18,485 bases of DNA, from contig JANKJI020000002.1 of NCBI GenBank assembly GCA_024626585.2, positions 249,950,973 through 249,969,457 of the forward strand, given 5' to 3'. Source of the DNA: Ginkgo biloba (lineage: Eukaryota; Plantae; Ginkgophyta). Position 1 is the stretch's first letter; each line of letters opens with the position of its first letter. Of this stretch, positions 1-11,593 are shown one piece after another. The position numbers and the translations under genes were made by a program. The notes under the pieces were generated by a model, which was given only the letters and a program-made list of their open reading frames with translations, made no database searches and was not told the DNA's origin.

Positions 1-81
1 ATCAAAGTCTGTTAGTGAGAGGGGTATGCCAAGTGGGCATATTGTGCCACGAATCAATAGGAATCCACACCTTCAAAAACC

Positions 82-1206
82 ATGGCTTCAACTTACAAGT
101 AGAGACTACCTACCTTTAGTGCGAATGGTTAAGAAGACCCCAACTGACATGATAATGCCTATGAGATGATATGAATGGACAATGGCCAAGAAGATAAGAG
201 TTATTGGGTGAGCATGTTCACAACAACATTGAAGGATATCACCAATAATTAGCTAATCGAATTTCATGTTGATCATTTTAATGATTGGTAGATGAATTTG
301 AACAAGAAGTCAAGTTGCTATAGGATGATGTGAAATTCATAGTTTGAAGCGAAATCAAGAAGAAAGTGTCTTCCTATACCATTGTCGACTAAAAGTAGTT
401 ATGAAAAAGATGGAATCCATAATTACTAATGCCCTAAAATGACAATGGTTCATGGAGGGCTTGTTTTCGAAGTATAAGTGGACGATGTAGATAGTTCCAT
501 CTACTTCTTGTGGCATATCCATCAAGTGGGCATTGAATCTTGAGACTAAGGAAGAGAAAGAATCTCATTAAGGGAAGCCTCTGAGCACTACGAAAGTCAA
601 GGAGTCATCTTCAAGAACAACCTTATGACAAGATATCATGAGGATGACAAAGAAGTTGTCTTCTTTAAACGAAAAGTATCAAAAGAAAATCTAGTGCACA
701 AAATGCAAAGTTAAAGATCATCAATAGAGTCAATGCCCTGAGCCAAGGAAGTATTGTGATGTTTGCAAAGTCAAGAATCATGGTACCAATAAAATGTAAA
801 TATAATGCTAAGAGTAGTCAACGAATGCAAGATAACCGAGTCTATCTTATAGAAAATAAATCCACGACCTTGAAGTATAATGCAATAACAAGAAGACAAC
901 GTGATAGCTACAGAAACTTTTGCTCTAAAAGAATCAAAGACCTAATCATATTCTTGGTGCATGAGAGTCAATTACGACTCGTGAGGACACTAGATCGTAC
1001 AATGCAACAAATGCCAGGAATAGCAACATTTTGTGAGAGACTATCCATAGTAGAGTTATAGAGGTGCCAAATAAGCAAATGATATGGAACTCGAGACCAT
1101 GACAATAAGAATTTTCCTATGCATAAACACAAAATGAGCCATTTTATACACACAGAACCAATTCAGGACAAAGACTCTTTTGTAGTGCATACTCGAGGCA
1201 AGTCAG
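82..1206 (+). mobile_element. Degenerate Ty3/Gypsy-type gag (retrotransposon gag domain plus CCHC zinc knuckles), many stops and frameshifts
   Basis: Manual translation from ATG 82 gives MASTYK*RLPTFSANG*EDPN*H...I*MDNGQEDKSYWVSMFTTTLKD...DW. A later segment reads LKRNQEESVFLYHCRLK...MES...LK*QWFMEGL, matching the gag pattern KQxxxESVxxYxxRL...WFxxGL. Knuckles are CTKCKVKDHQ*SQC and CDVCKVKNHGTNK(C) at about 695-800, with two decayed ones at about 1003-1118. Family assigned from motif recognition, not a search. Confidence 0.75.
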
Positions 1207-4182
1207 AGCCCAAGCAATAATATCCTTGGCTAGTAGTAGTGAAAGAATAGTTGGAAGTTGAAGGAAAAGATGTTGTTGATGAAGGAACATAAGCAACTAC
1301 AAACAGCATGGACTCCCTGAGCATGTGACAATGGAGCCACTCATATGAAGATAGTCAACGATGATTTTATGTCTGCTAATGACATGAGTTATTAAGAACA
1401 TGGTAGAAGCTTGGGTTCAACATGCACAAGAATAATTGCAGAAGTTTGGAATGTTGAAGAAGTCAATAAGACCTACTATTGCAACGAAAAGGATAGTCAC
1501 AAGATTGCAAACCCAACTTGATGTGGCTATCAATTTTTTCCTTTGAAAATTCATATATTGATTCAAAAATCTACACAATTGAATATCTTGTGCCAAAATG
1601 CACTGCCAAACTGAGAAGTTCTACTAAACAAGAACACTGCTACTCTACTCATGTCCATATGGCTTATAATTTTGTGATTAAACTAACTAACAAAATGGAT
1701 ATACCTTATAAGAACTCATCATAGAAGTTGGATTCTTCCTACTACGTCGACTCTACATTGGTCATTTGCTAAGGTGGTGGAGGTCTTCGGATCTGAAATC
1801 TCGATGGTGGAAAGAGCCCAATTTCCAAACAAGTCAAGCCTTCTTTTGAGGATGATGGAGACTTAGATTAGAAAGACCCTTGGTGCTTTCCCTCTGTCAC
1901 AGCCCCGAGAAACCCTAGTTCTAAGTCTAGTCAAATGGAAGTCAAGGTTGGTCAAACGGGCTTAGAAAACCCTAAAGGGAAGTCANNNNNNNNNNNNNNN
2001 NNNNNNNNNNNNNNNNNNNNNNNNNNNNNNNNNNNNNNNNNNNNNNNNNNNNNNNNNNNNNNNNNNNNNNNNNNNNNNNNNNNNNCAGTCTTTGAAACAT
2101 CTAACAATTATTTTGTTGCCCTAAAAATTATTTTGTAGCTCTGAAAATAGAATTAGTGTTCAATCAATGTAAACTAGGATCCTTTCCTTTCTCATATTTT
2201 GGCAGTTATTTTCTGTAATAATGCATCATTGTATCCTTTGGATTTTGCAGCAAAGTGGGCCACACACTTCCTGACAGTACCAGGCAGAAAGTATTTGATC
2301 AAACAGATGCTTTTGGTCAATATGTGCTATAAGAAAATGTTTGGTGAAGAGACAATAGCCAAGGTTGAATTAGAGTGTCAACATATGAGGTGCATAATTG
2401 GACGTAAAATAAAGAAACATTCAACATGAAGCAAATGGGTTCAAGAATACATCCTCAAATCCCTCGTGTAATGTAATTCAAAAACTATCATATTTAAATG
2501 GATACAGAATCAATTCAAGTGAGCATGCACCAAAGATGAATTGAGAAGTTGCTCTCGACTTTCCATTCTTATAAAAAACAAATAAGTAGATATGGAAATA
2601 AACAGCAATGCAACTAAACNNNNNNNNNNNNNNNNNNNNNNNNNNNAAACCCCAAATATAGAGTATGCCATAGAGTGAACAATTGAGACAAATCATTGAA
2701 GCGACTTCCAAATGTAGAAATGTTATGTCAAGTCTGTTGACAATTAACATACAGCAAGATACGATATGATGGAGTATGTACGATAGGCTTTGTTGTCTAC
2801 ACGTACTAGTCAACTAGCATTTGGATGAGTTCATTTCTGATAGCTACCAGATGGATATGCTCCTTCATGTTAAGTTTGTTTGAAGGCTAGGCAATGAATT
2901 TTCTGGAATTTCTTCCAGCAGTGCTTCCACAAGAGATTCTAGATTCTGCTGTTTCAATTTCCAAGCAGGAAAGTGACCAGTCCTTGGGATTTATGAAGAA
3001 GAACAATTGCTAAGGTCACTATTCTATCCCTACCTAGTCTTTATGGCAGGAAAAAAAAAACTTATATTGGGACTTATCTCAGACCTTGCAATATGTTTTT
3101 CTCTTTTGTTAGTGGGTTATCAAGAGCTTCTAAATATTAGTATTCCTAGGCATCTTCTAATACATTGATATATGTTGAGAAGGCATCATGGAATATAAAT
3201 TCTCTCTCTTATGGGCAGTGGCCATGCAGGGAAAAGTTGTCTACTTGTGCCATTAATTATCTTAGGAAAGCTTGGCGACCTTTTAGGTAGATTTGTGTTT
3301 TCTTTTGTTACAGACCAACTTGGAACCAGTAAACTAACCAATGAAGTATGGCTTGGTTGACAATTAAACCAGCAGTTGAGTTGGTAGTTTTAGAGCCGAG
3401 GGGCTAAAACAGCGGCTCCATTTTGCAGTTCCAAAAGCAAGGGCTTGTCATGCCCTCTGAAATGCATGGTTATGGGGCCCTGAGGAGGATGTCGGACGAG
3501 ATAGTTAAGTTAGTCTGAAGTTCAGTCAGCAGTCAGGCACTGTTCATTATGCCATTTCATCACCCTCAGGTTTTGAGACCTCCAATCAGCTTGCAGATGA
3601 GAGTGGCTTTGAGGAGGATTGGTCAGGGCCTCAATTAGGTCCCAAATGAGAATAAATGGGCATTCCAAAGGCTTGCTTGGGTCATGAATCGTGGGAGGAT
3701 CTCCATTGTCATTATTTTTTATTCTCTATCAAGCAAGCATGCCATGGAACAAAATTTTCTACATGAAAGAGGTGTTGTTGGGATACTTCAAGCATATGGA
3801 GTAGGAGGATACTTCTCAACTTCAACCATCAACTCCTTTGGGATATCAAAACCCTCATACTTAGTGCATACATTTCTCCACTATTTGTCATATCCTTGAT
3901 GAAGGATTGAAGGTGGAACCTTCGTTATGCAGAAGCGTCTCAAAATAACCAAGGAAGACTCAAGTTTGCCTCCTATGATGTTGTATAAGCCTGCACAATC
4001 AGTGATGTGGATGCACATCAATAAAAAACCTAATTTAATAGGATGACATTTGGTTGGGTGAGGAGAGATGTAAAGAGGCAAANNNNNNNNNNNNNNNNNN
4101 NNNNNNNNNNNNNNNNNNNNNNNNNNNNNNNNNNNNNNNNNNNNNNNNNNNNNNNNNNNNNNNNNNNNNNNNNNNNNNNNNN

Positions 4183-4510
4183 AGGGATAAATTGGATGCT
4201 ACATCTAAAGCATTCATATTCACTGGATACTCTGAAAGTGTGAAGGCCTACAAATTGTTTGACCCCATTGCTAAGAAACCTATTGTATGTAGGGATGTCA
4301 TATTTGATGAGTCAGATATTATTGGGGGTAAGAAGGTTGTTGAAGTTTCAAGTTCTGATGATGATGTTGTGAAAAGTGATAACCCAGTGATTTTTGTTGA
4401 AGATACACCACAGGTTGATGCCCAAGTCTCAGCCAAGAAAAACTGTCCAAAGTGGTTGGATGTCGTGTTGAAGGATGCACATAAGGATGCCACAAATATA
4501 AGCAGAGGAA
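4183..4510 (+). mobile_element. Ty1/Copia pol fragment (region C-terminal to the integrase core)
   Basis: RDKLDATSKAFIFTGYSESVKAYKLFDPIAKKPIVCRDVIFDES matches the Copia motif KLDxKSxxCIFxGYSxxxKAYRLxDPxxKKxxxSRDVxFDE. It is truncated at the 5' end by the N gap. Confidence 0.85.
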
Positions 4511-4656
4511 GATGCAGATGCTTACATATCAAACTCGACCTCATATATTAAACCCAGCCTCACATTCACATGGATTCTTATCAATCTAATAAAATTAAGA
4601 AGAATGTAATATCATGGATGGATCCTTATTTTTTTATATAATGGTATGCATTTATG

Positions 4657-4739
4657 GATATGTATATGTATGTGTGTGTATATATAGAGAGAGAGAAAGA
4701 GAGACATATATACATACACACACAGAAATAGAGAGAAAC
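4657..4739. repeat. Compound imperfect microsatellite (TATG/TG/TA/GA/CA)
   Basis: Seen directly: gatatgtatatgtatgtgtgtgtatatatagagagagagaaagagagacatatatacatacacacacagaaatagagagaaac. Confidence 0.8.
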
Positions 4740-4939
4740 ATGGCATCTTTGTTGCAGGTTTAAAATGCTCGTTGTGTGTTAGTTATAAGGTCGGGTTGTT
4801 ACATCAAGCTACTACAACAACTATCATCACCTCCCCTCATGAAGGAGATCATAGCGGTCACTATGGAAAGAGGTGATAGCCAATTGAATGGGAAATGAGC
4901 TCGGTTTCTCAAAAATAGGTATGTTGTAAAGAGACCTTT

Positions 4940-5377
4940 GTTAGCCATTGAATGAACTTTGATCTTATCATTGAATGGGCTATAGTCTTTAGATTTATAT
5001 TATATTAGAACTAATTTGTGAATGATTATGACGTAATGATATGATATGTTATAGGGCTTAAAGGGTTAACCAGGGATTAGATGATAGTTCATAACTTCCA
5101 ACTACCTCCCAAATCATATAAATGTATTGGGGATTGTTGTTAGAGGGCATCAACACAAGCACTAGTGGAGTGTTGCTTGTAGTCCCTCACAAAATTGCTA
5201 AATCTTATGAATTGAGTTGCTTTAATCGAGATTAATATGATGGCCATCTTCTTATTGTGTATGGTGTTGTGGCAATGTGTTCAATGCTTTCAAGTGGCAT
5301 TGTTGTAATTCAATGGTTGATCTTCTATGTACATTGTATATGTATGCTANNNNNNNNNNCACAAATATATGTTAACA
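4940..5377 (+). mobile_element. LTR-like repeat, copy A (probably the 3' part of a Copia-type LTR)
   Basis: Colinear with 7953-8353. Shared blocks include gccattgaatg...cattgaatgggct, aatgattatgac, agggatta..tgatagtt, tcatataaa(t/c)gtattgg, agttgctt(t/c)aatcgaga and gctttcaa(g/t)tggcattgttg. Both copies end in cacaaatatatgt(t/c)aaCA and contain a TATAAA box. Confidence 0.65.
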
Positions 5378-5424
5378 TATAGAGCAAGTGCAACAAGTTC
5401 AAGCCTTTAAAGGTGATCTGTAGG

Positions 5425-5720
5425 TTCTGGTGTATTTCTTGGTGATAACCCATTGGTAACAAAATTATGGTTGAAAGGTTGCATTAATAATCTATGAAGA
5501 CCATGGAAGGAGGTGAGGATATTTGCCAGACATTATTATATGAAAGCTATGAGAGAATTGCACTTTTATTTGCAAGAAAGGAGTAGTGATGTTGATTTAT
5601 GTTATCTAAGATTATTATAAATGGTGGGATGAATTTTATGTGCTTGATTTTTACCATAGAAGATTATGTATTGTTAGTTCTTGGTACCTCTATCTCTTTG
5701 AAGGCTATGGCATAAAAAAA
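5425..5720 (+). mobile_element. Possible highly decayed Copia protease / GAG-pre-integrase remnant
   Basis: Fragments GVFLGDN..., HGRR*GYLPDII..L*EN and RLWHKKM resemble Copia VFLGD...DGRxRxLPxVLHxPxLxRNL and LWHxRxGH. Several frameshifts are required. Confidence 0.3.
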
Positions 5721-7952
5721 TGGTTGCAATTGGAATATTTGTGCTTGATTTTTAATTCACCATGAGGCAAAACTAGATACTTGAAATCTCTAAAAGTCTA
5801 TATAGGTAAAATATTTAGTTTTAGGATGATGTGTAGGTCAAAATATAGTGACAACCAAACCTATTACTCAAGACTCTAAGGGGGATACATTTGTTAATCC
5901 AAGCATAAATAAGGATATTGAGGAAATGCATCCCATAGAATATAGAGCTAAAATATGACAAGAACTAGAAAGTTGACAACATATCTAGTGATTGAAATGA
6001 TTTCTTGAAAGGGAATAAGAAAACACATTAGAGTAATAACGTGCATACAAACTTAAGAACTCACCATCTTTATAAATGAATGTTAATTAGAGGAATGCAA
6101 GTCGATGGGGATAAAGAAAGAAAGAAGGTAAAAAAAGAAAGGAATTATATTAATATACATTAGTGGAAAAAAAATAGTTAAAAGGACTATAACTTATGTA
6201 TGTATAATGTAATAAGGGAGCGCATAAAATAACTCTAGCCTAACTAAATGGAAAACATGAAACATAAAGTAACATGGATGCATATGATCTAAAATAAGTG
6301 TGGGAGATAAGAATAGCTTTAAGATAAAGAAAAGGGAATAAAACAATAGATTATAGAGAAGAGACACATATGTTATACCTATAAACCACTATAAAGTGCC
6401 ATTGAGCCTATATCAAATGTCCTCTAGAAATAGATCTATTGCAATGTTGCAATGAATGTTTTCTATGGAACTCTAAGAGACGAGTAATTAAAAAAGAGAA
6501 AGAAGTGTTTCTCCTCACATCCAAGGTTGAAACTCCTTTAAACAAGTTAAGAAATAAATGATGTTACATCCATTAGATGTTGTGGGATAAAAAGTCCTCC
6601 GAGATATCCTTTTAGAAGGTTGGATCAACTGTCGAGAAGTTTGAAATAAGGAATAATGTCACGTGGATCAGTGAGTGATATTATAAATATGATCTCTATT
6701 TAGAGGACACTTTTGTCCAATAATATTGGCTTAGGATTAAAAAAATAAGTATGGTATTTGTCTCCTCTNNNNNNNNNNNNNNNNNNNNNNNNNNNNNNNN
6801 NNNNNNNNNNNNNNNNNNNNNNNNNNNNNNNNNNNNNNNNNNNNNNNNNNNNNNNNNNNNNNNNNNNNAACTAATGCTCGCTAAAAAATCCAAAGAATTT
6901 TTTTTTGTAATGAAATTTATTTTCAAAGGAAACACAACTCTATGCTATTGTCTTGGCTGCCAATGACATCTATCATTGACTAGGAGTTGTAGGTTAGCAA
7001 ATCTAAAGGACCTCACTATGGTCATGAAAGCAGTTGGGTCAAATCCAAGATACTAAACTCTAGATTTTTGCACAAATCGTATTTGACAAGGGAACCATGA
7101 AACTCAAGGAAGACAATTCAATCACCACATTGCCACTTTGTTGTAGATTAGGTGTTGAAACATAGCAATTTGAATGAAAGAAAACTATAGTTCCTAAGGT
7201 TACACATTAATCCTTTTCTAGCCCTTAGTGATTTTTCAATTGCTCATATGCTAGTTACCTTAGGGAGCTTCAAAATCAAAAAAAGACTTCCCAAAGTTTT
7301 CAAGTTATTCTTTTTTAAAACCAAGTGCAATAATAAAAGTACCTTGTGTATTTTTTTAATGAACTAATGATATTAAAAGGGAAGCCTAAATGATTTCTTG
7401 TATTGATCATGAGAGAAAAACTTAGGCAAGTTCAATTTATAAGGGTAGGAGAGGTGCAATGGTGTCACATTCTTGTCTTATGTAATGAGTTTAGAATCAC
7501 ATTTATAATAGTTGTCAGATTTATCGAAATGTAAATTCCTACATGACCATGTTAGAACAAGTGTGTAACAGATAAAAATAGATAATTAATATATGATTGT
7601 GTGATGGGCAAGTTCCTTTTAATCCCAACCATGGCTATGGTTTTTCTTACCATCATTCCATTTCATGGACGTAATGTGTCAGAGTGGAGTTGATGCAAAT
7701 GTGATTGTTACGGGTGCTATAGTATGCATATTACACTGAGGGGGGTATGCACAAGACCAAGAACAGTGTAGAGTTGTAGGAGAAGCCACTATGGACCAAA
7801 GACTAGGTGATAATGTGAGAAGGAGGACTATAATGAGTCGAAGACAAATTCAACAGAAGGAGATAGCATTCATCCAAGCAACAAAACATTCACAATTATT
7901 CTTCAAGCAAAACTTCAGTGGGACGCTCAAGTTTAAAGTGGCGCGATAGGTA

Positions 7953-8353
7953 TTGGCCATTGAATGGATTGTTGTCTTGCCATTGAATGGGCTTTAGTGT
8001 TGACACTTACATTAAAATTAAAATGAATGTGTAAATGATTATGACTTTTTAATGTGTTATATTATAAGGCCTCAAATTAATTAGGGATTACTTGATAGTT
8101 TCTAATTACCAACTAGCTGCCAACTCATATAAACGTATTGGCAATTTTTGTGAGAAGGCCTTGGCATGAGCATTAGAGTTTTCCTGGAAATCATTCACAT
8201 GGCTGCCAAATTTTACATATTCAGTTGCTTCAATCGAGAATAATGATGCCCTCTTGTTATTGTGGATGAAGTTGGGTCAATGTATTCAAAGCTTTCAATT
8301 GGCATTGTTGATCTGCTATTTATATTTACCCTGTGCACAAATATATGTCAACA
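7953..8353 (+). mobile_element. LTR-like repeat, copy B (may extend 5' to about 7688)
   Basis: Diverged direct repeat of 4940-5377 ending ...cacaaatatatgtcaaCA. The sequence agttgatgc at about 7688 is a possible decayed TGTTGA left end. Confidence 0.65.
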
Positions 8354-8639
8354 CTCTTTCCATCATAAAAATGGCATATGTATAATCACCCGATTAATAA
8401 TAAAATATCTGTTGTNNNNNNNNNNNNNNNNNNNNNNNNNNNNNNNNNNNNNNNNNNNNNNNNNNNNNNNNNNNNNNNNNNNNNNNNNNNNNNNNNNNNN
8501 NNNNNNNNNNNNNNNAAATATCTGTTGTGTCAAAAAAAGAAGATTACACTTTGTGCAACATCTTGACAAGGAATGGTTTATCATGCAAAACCAATGATAT
8601 GAGAAGATCATAGAGGATATTAGACTACAAATTACCACA

Positions 8640-8950
8640 TATACAAAGGAAGAATATTTCCAACTAAAATGCGATTGAAGAGATTAGAAAATTTGATATA
8701 GGAAAGGAAGCAGGCATTATAGGACTGCAGGCTGAATTGCTGAAATGGAGCAGCAATATAATGGCAACCTATGTTATGATACTTTTCAATACTCCAGGGT
8801 TGAGATGAATGATTAGTCAAGATCATGATTGAGATATGCTAAAATAGAGAACATATCAAACAGATGGTGGAAGATTTTGTGTGATAGATGAGGGTATAAC
8901 TTTGACTGATATGCATCAACAGTGCAAATATTCACATGCTCCTCAACAAT
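8640..8950 (+). mobile_element. Decayed non-LTR retrotransposon (RTE-like LINE) reverse-transcriptase N-terminal fragment
   Basis: 8677-8790 translates as EEIRKFDIGKEAGIIGLQAELLKWSSNIMATYVMILFN, matching the LINE RT-proximal motif IKKLxxGKAxGxDGLxAELLKWxxxxLxxxxxxLFN. Downstream KIMI and KIENISNRW resemble RTIMI and ExRIxxW. Confidence 0.55.
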
Positions 8951-9511
8951 AGGAATATCCATAAGCCTCTCCAAGAACAGCAATATCATATATTAATATT
9001 TTCATTTTGTTGCAGGCAATCATGTAGAACTTGCTACTTTATTCCTTGATACCTTGAAGATTAAAAACAAGAGGTAGAATTTCTCATTGGTGGCCATGCA
9101 ACACTATTACTTCTTAACAAACTATGCAGAAAGAATAACATCCAAGCAAACAGCAAAAAATCAGAGGCATAAAAAGGTTAGCAATGGGGAATCTAGAATT
9201 TGAAGTTCCCTACAACAGATTACAGATTTGTAAATATACCTTATGGGAATATATTTTTTCTTCTTAATCTCGAAAAAAGGCTTTGATGCAGTATTGCATA
9301 TCATAGCAGATTTGTCTTTTGGAATATCATCAAGAAGCAATGCATCAATTGCTTAATTTTGATCATAAGTAGTAAACGATAATCTTATCTACATCCACTC
9401 AAAACATTAAATTGAGAATTAAATCTTCCATATTACTTCCCTATATGTCCACATGCAAATATATGTCAACATGCAATCTGTCTACTGAACTCGACAATTT
9501 AGTCCACTTAC

Positions 9512-9589
9512 CACAACTTTTCCAGAGTTGATGTCTAAACCATTGGATATAAACCATTTTGAAAGTTCACTCTGGTCTGCTCCAGATCC
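9512..9589 (-). CDS. DDL: DDL downstream exon (26 codons, GSGADQSELSKWFISNGLDINSGKVV), intact; probably exon 4
   Basis: Acceptor aaaacAG|GGA and donor GTG|GTAAGT; 78 nt; no stop. It matches the segment preceding the VKP ATP-binding motif of plant DDL. Confidence 0.8.
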
Positions 9590-9879
9590 CTGTTTTTATC
9601 ACATAAAACCCATTTACCAATGGAATCTTATATTCGATCTAAAATATTACAAATTCAACATTGGTATGAAACATTCCTGGAAGAAGCTATCTTCACAGTT
9701 TATTAAGTTATGCTTTCAACTTNNNNNNNNNNNNNNNNNNNNNNNNNNNNNNNNNNNNNNNNNNNNNNNNNNNNNNNNNNNNNNNNNNNNNNNNNNNNNN
9801 NNNNNNNNNNNNNNNNNNNNNNGAGTAGAGCCAAAACCACTCAAAGCTTTAGATGTTCACTCAGGGATGAAAAATTGAG

Positions 9880-9891
9880 GCTCTAATACCA
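9880..9891 (-). mobile_element. Primer-binding site (tRNA-iMet type) of a minus-strand LTR retrotransposon; adjacent LTR likely occupies about 9893-11010
   Basis: gctctaatacca is the reverse complement of TGGTATTAGAGC, one transition away from the canonical TGGTATCAGAGC. It lies inside a DDL intron next to an N gap. Confidence 0.55.
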
Positions 9892-11300
9892 ATCATAATC
9901 CAAAGTTCACCACGTGTTCAACTGAAGGAAATTACAATGATTTAAAATCACATTCATAAGTTGTGGTCATAAGAAAAAGACAAATTTTATTAACAAAAAA
10001 TAGAATGCTTTGTGGTGCTTTTCAACAAACTTTAAAAGTGGAATCTATGTCCACAGAATAATAGAGCTTTATATCCCATGAAGAGATTTGATTATTGAAG
10101 TGAACGGAATTGTTGCATCCACAGGAGGTTTAGCTTACATTATTTGCAAGAGGCTTAATAAAAGCAAAAGTAGGAAAATAAGAGAACTTTCTATGTCCAA
10201 CTAGTCATTCAATCTCTTTTGACTCTAAGAAGAGAACTTTAAAACTCCTCTAATTGTAAGAAAACCCACCCTCAAACATAGAACCTCTCCTCCCGATTGG
10301 AATTGAGCATTGGAATGCTTAGAGCTACAACTGTCAATCCAACTAGCTATGTGAATGTTTCAAGCAAGAATCTATTATGAAATTGTTCAATTCTAACTTT
10401 TTGGCTTATAGCTAGCTAATGTAGACATCTGCAATGTACCAACATGCTTATGTGGAAGCTTAATTAGAGGACCTATTAGCTTTGGCATCAATGAAGGGTG
10501 GAAGGTCCAACTAGCTTGGCACAAGCAAATGGCCAAGGATCCTACTCGCTTGACACGATGATTAACTAAAGCAACTATCATCTTAACGCAAGTGAATGGC
10601 TAAAGTGCGAATGGTGCTAGTGGATGGCTAACTATGGCACTGATGGAAGGGTGTTGGTGGATGAACCCTTAAGAAATTACAAAGCCAATTGACTTGGGTG
10701 GAATTGGTGGATTGCTAAATGATTTGTTGGCTTGGAACCAGTGGATAAACTTTAGCGGATCAATACTTCGAAAATTTTGAAGCCAATTCACATGGGCAAC
10801 ATTGGTGGATGCATGAATAATTTATCATCTTGGGACAAGTGGATGGATACTTGGAGAGTTACAAAGCCAATTAGCTTGGATGGTCAATTGATCTTCAACT
10901 TGACTAGCCTTATATTGGTTAACTTTCCAATTTGCAATTTCAACCAACTATGCAAAAATCATATGGACCTTTATCATTTAGACTCAAAATATGTTGTATG
11001 GTCTATGCGAGNNNNNNNNNNNNNNNNNNNNNNNNNNNNNNNNNNNNNNNNNNNNNNNNNNNNNNNNNNNNNNNNNNNNNNNNNNNNNNNNNNNNNNNNN
11101 NNNNNNNNNNNAATAGATTGTTCGGGATTGTTATAGTATAATAAGTCCTAATGGATCACTCCAGCTCTGCAAAGCAACCTTACCGACCGCTCATGCATGC
11201 CACATCAATTTCTAACACTGAGGTACAGTCACAGTAAACATATAATAATGAAGAGAGGATTTTAAAATCAATTCTTGTACTCAAATAAATTTTATCTTAC

Positions 11301-11372
11301 CTTGTCAAAAGCACGACGGGATTCCTTGGATCCTGTACCAACAAATGGAATATTTGCATTTTCTAGAAGTTC
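11301..11372 (-). CDS. DDL: DDL exon 2 (24 codons, ELLENANIPFVGTGSKESRRAFDK), intact
   Basis: Acceptor tttatcAG|GAA and donor AAG|GTAAGA; phase 0 at both ends; 72 nt. It is joined to exon 1 by a 221-nt GT-AG intron (11373-11593). It contains the Ddl IPxxG...DK motif. Confidence 0.9.
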
Positions 11373-11593
11373 CTGATAAACATGAAGCACAAATGAGCAT
11401 GACTTCAAAATAATTAATTCAACTGTCTGAGAAATGACATATTTTGCTTCCACATACAGCCCAGCAACATTCTCAGTACAGAATGAACATTCTCAGATAT
11501 AAAGAGAAAAAGAATTGTGAAAATCAAATCATCATATTTCTTTGGCAGTTTCAAAAGAGGTATTATTTGTCTAGACTGGCAATTTACACTAAC

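Noticed and set aside
2150-2810. Possible 3' fragment of an RTE-like LINE (KYLIKQML..MFGE..VELE; RVCH...IET.H)
   Set aside because: The resemblance is faint and needs several frameshifts. It cannot be supported without a profile search.
3560-3615. Minus-strand KPLSSAS..IG as the DDL VKPxxxGSSIGV exon
   Set aside because: Low identity, a frameshift is required, and there is no splice acceptor.
1895-4803. TGTCACAGCCC (1895) and GGGTTGTTACA (ending 4803) as the two ends of one Gypsy LTR or element
   Set aside because: Both look like LTR termini, but they are separated by two unknown-size gaps and unrelated sequence, and there is no matching target-site duplication.
9001-9080. Plus-strand exon-like segment ttcattttgttgcAG|GCAATCAT...AAGAG|GTAGAA
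   Set aside because: It has a good acceptor but a weak donor, no recognisable product and no partner exons, and it sits beside LINE debris.
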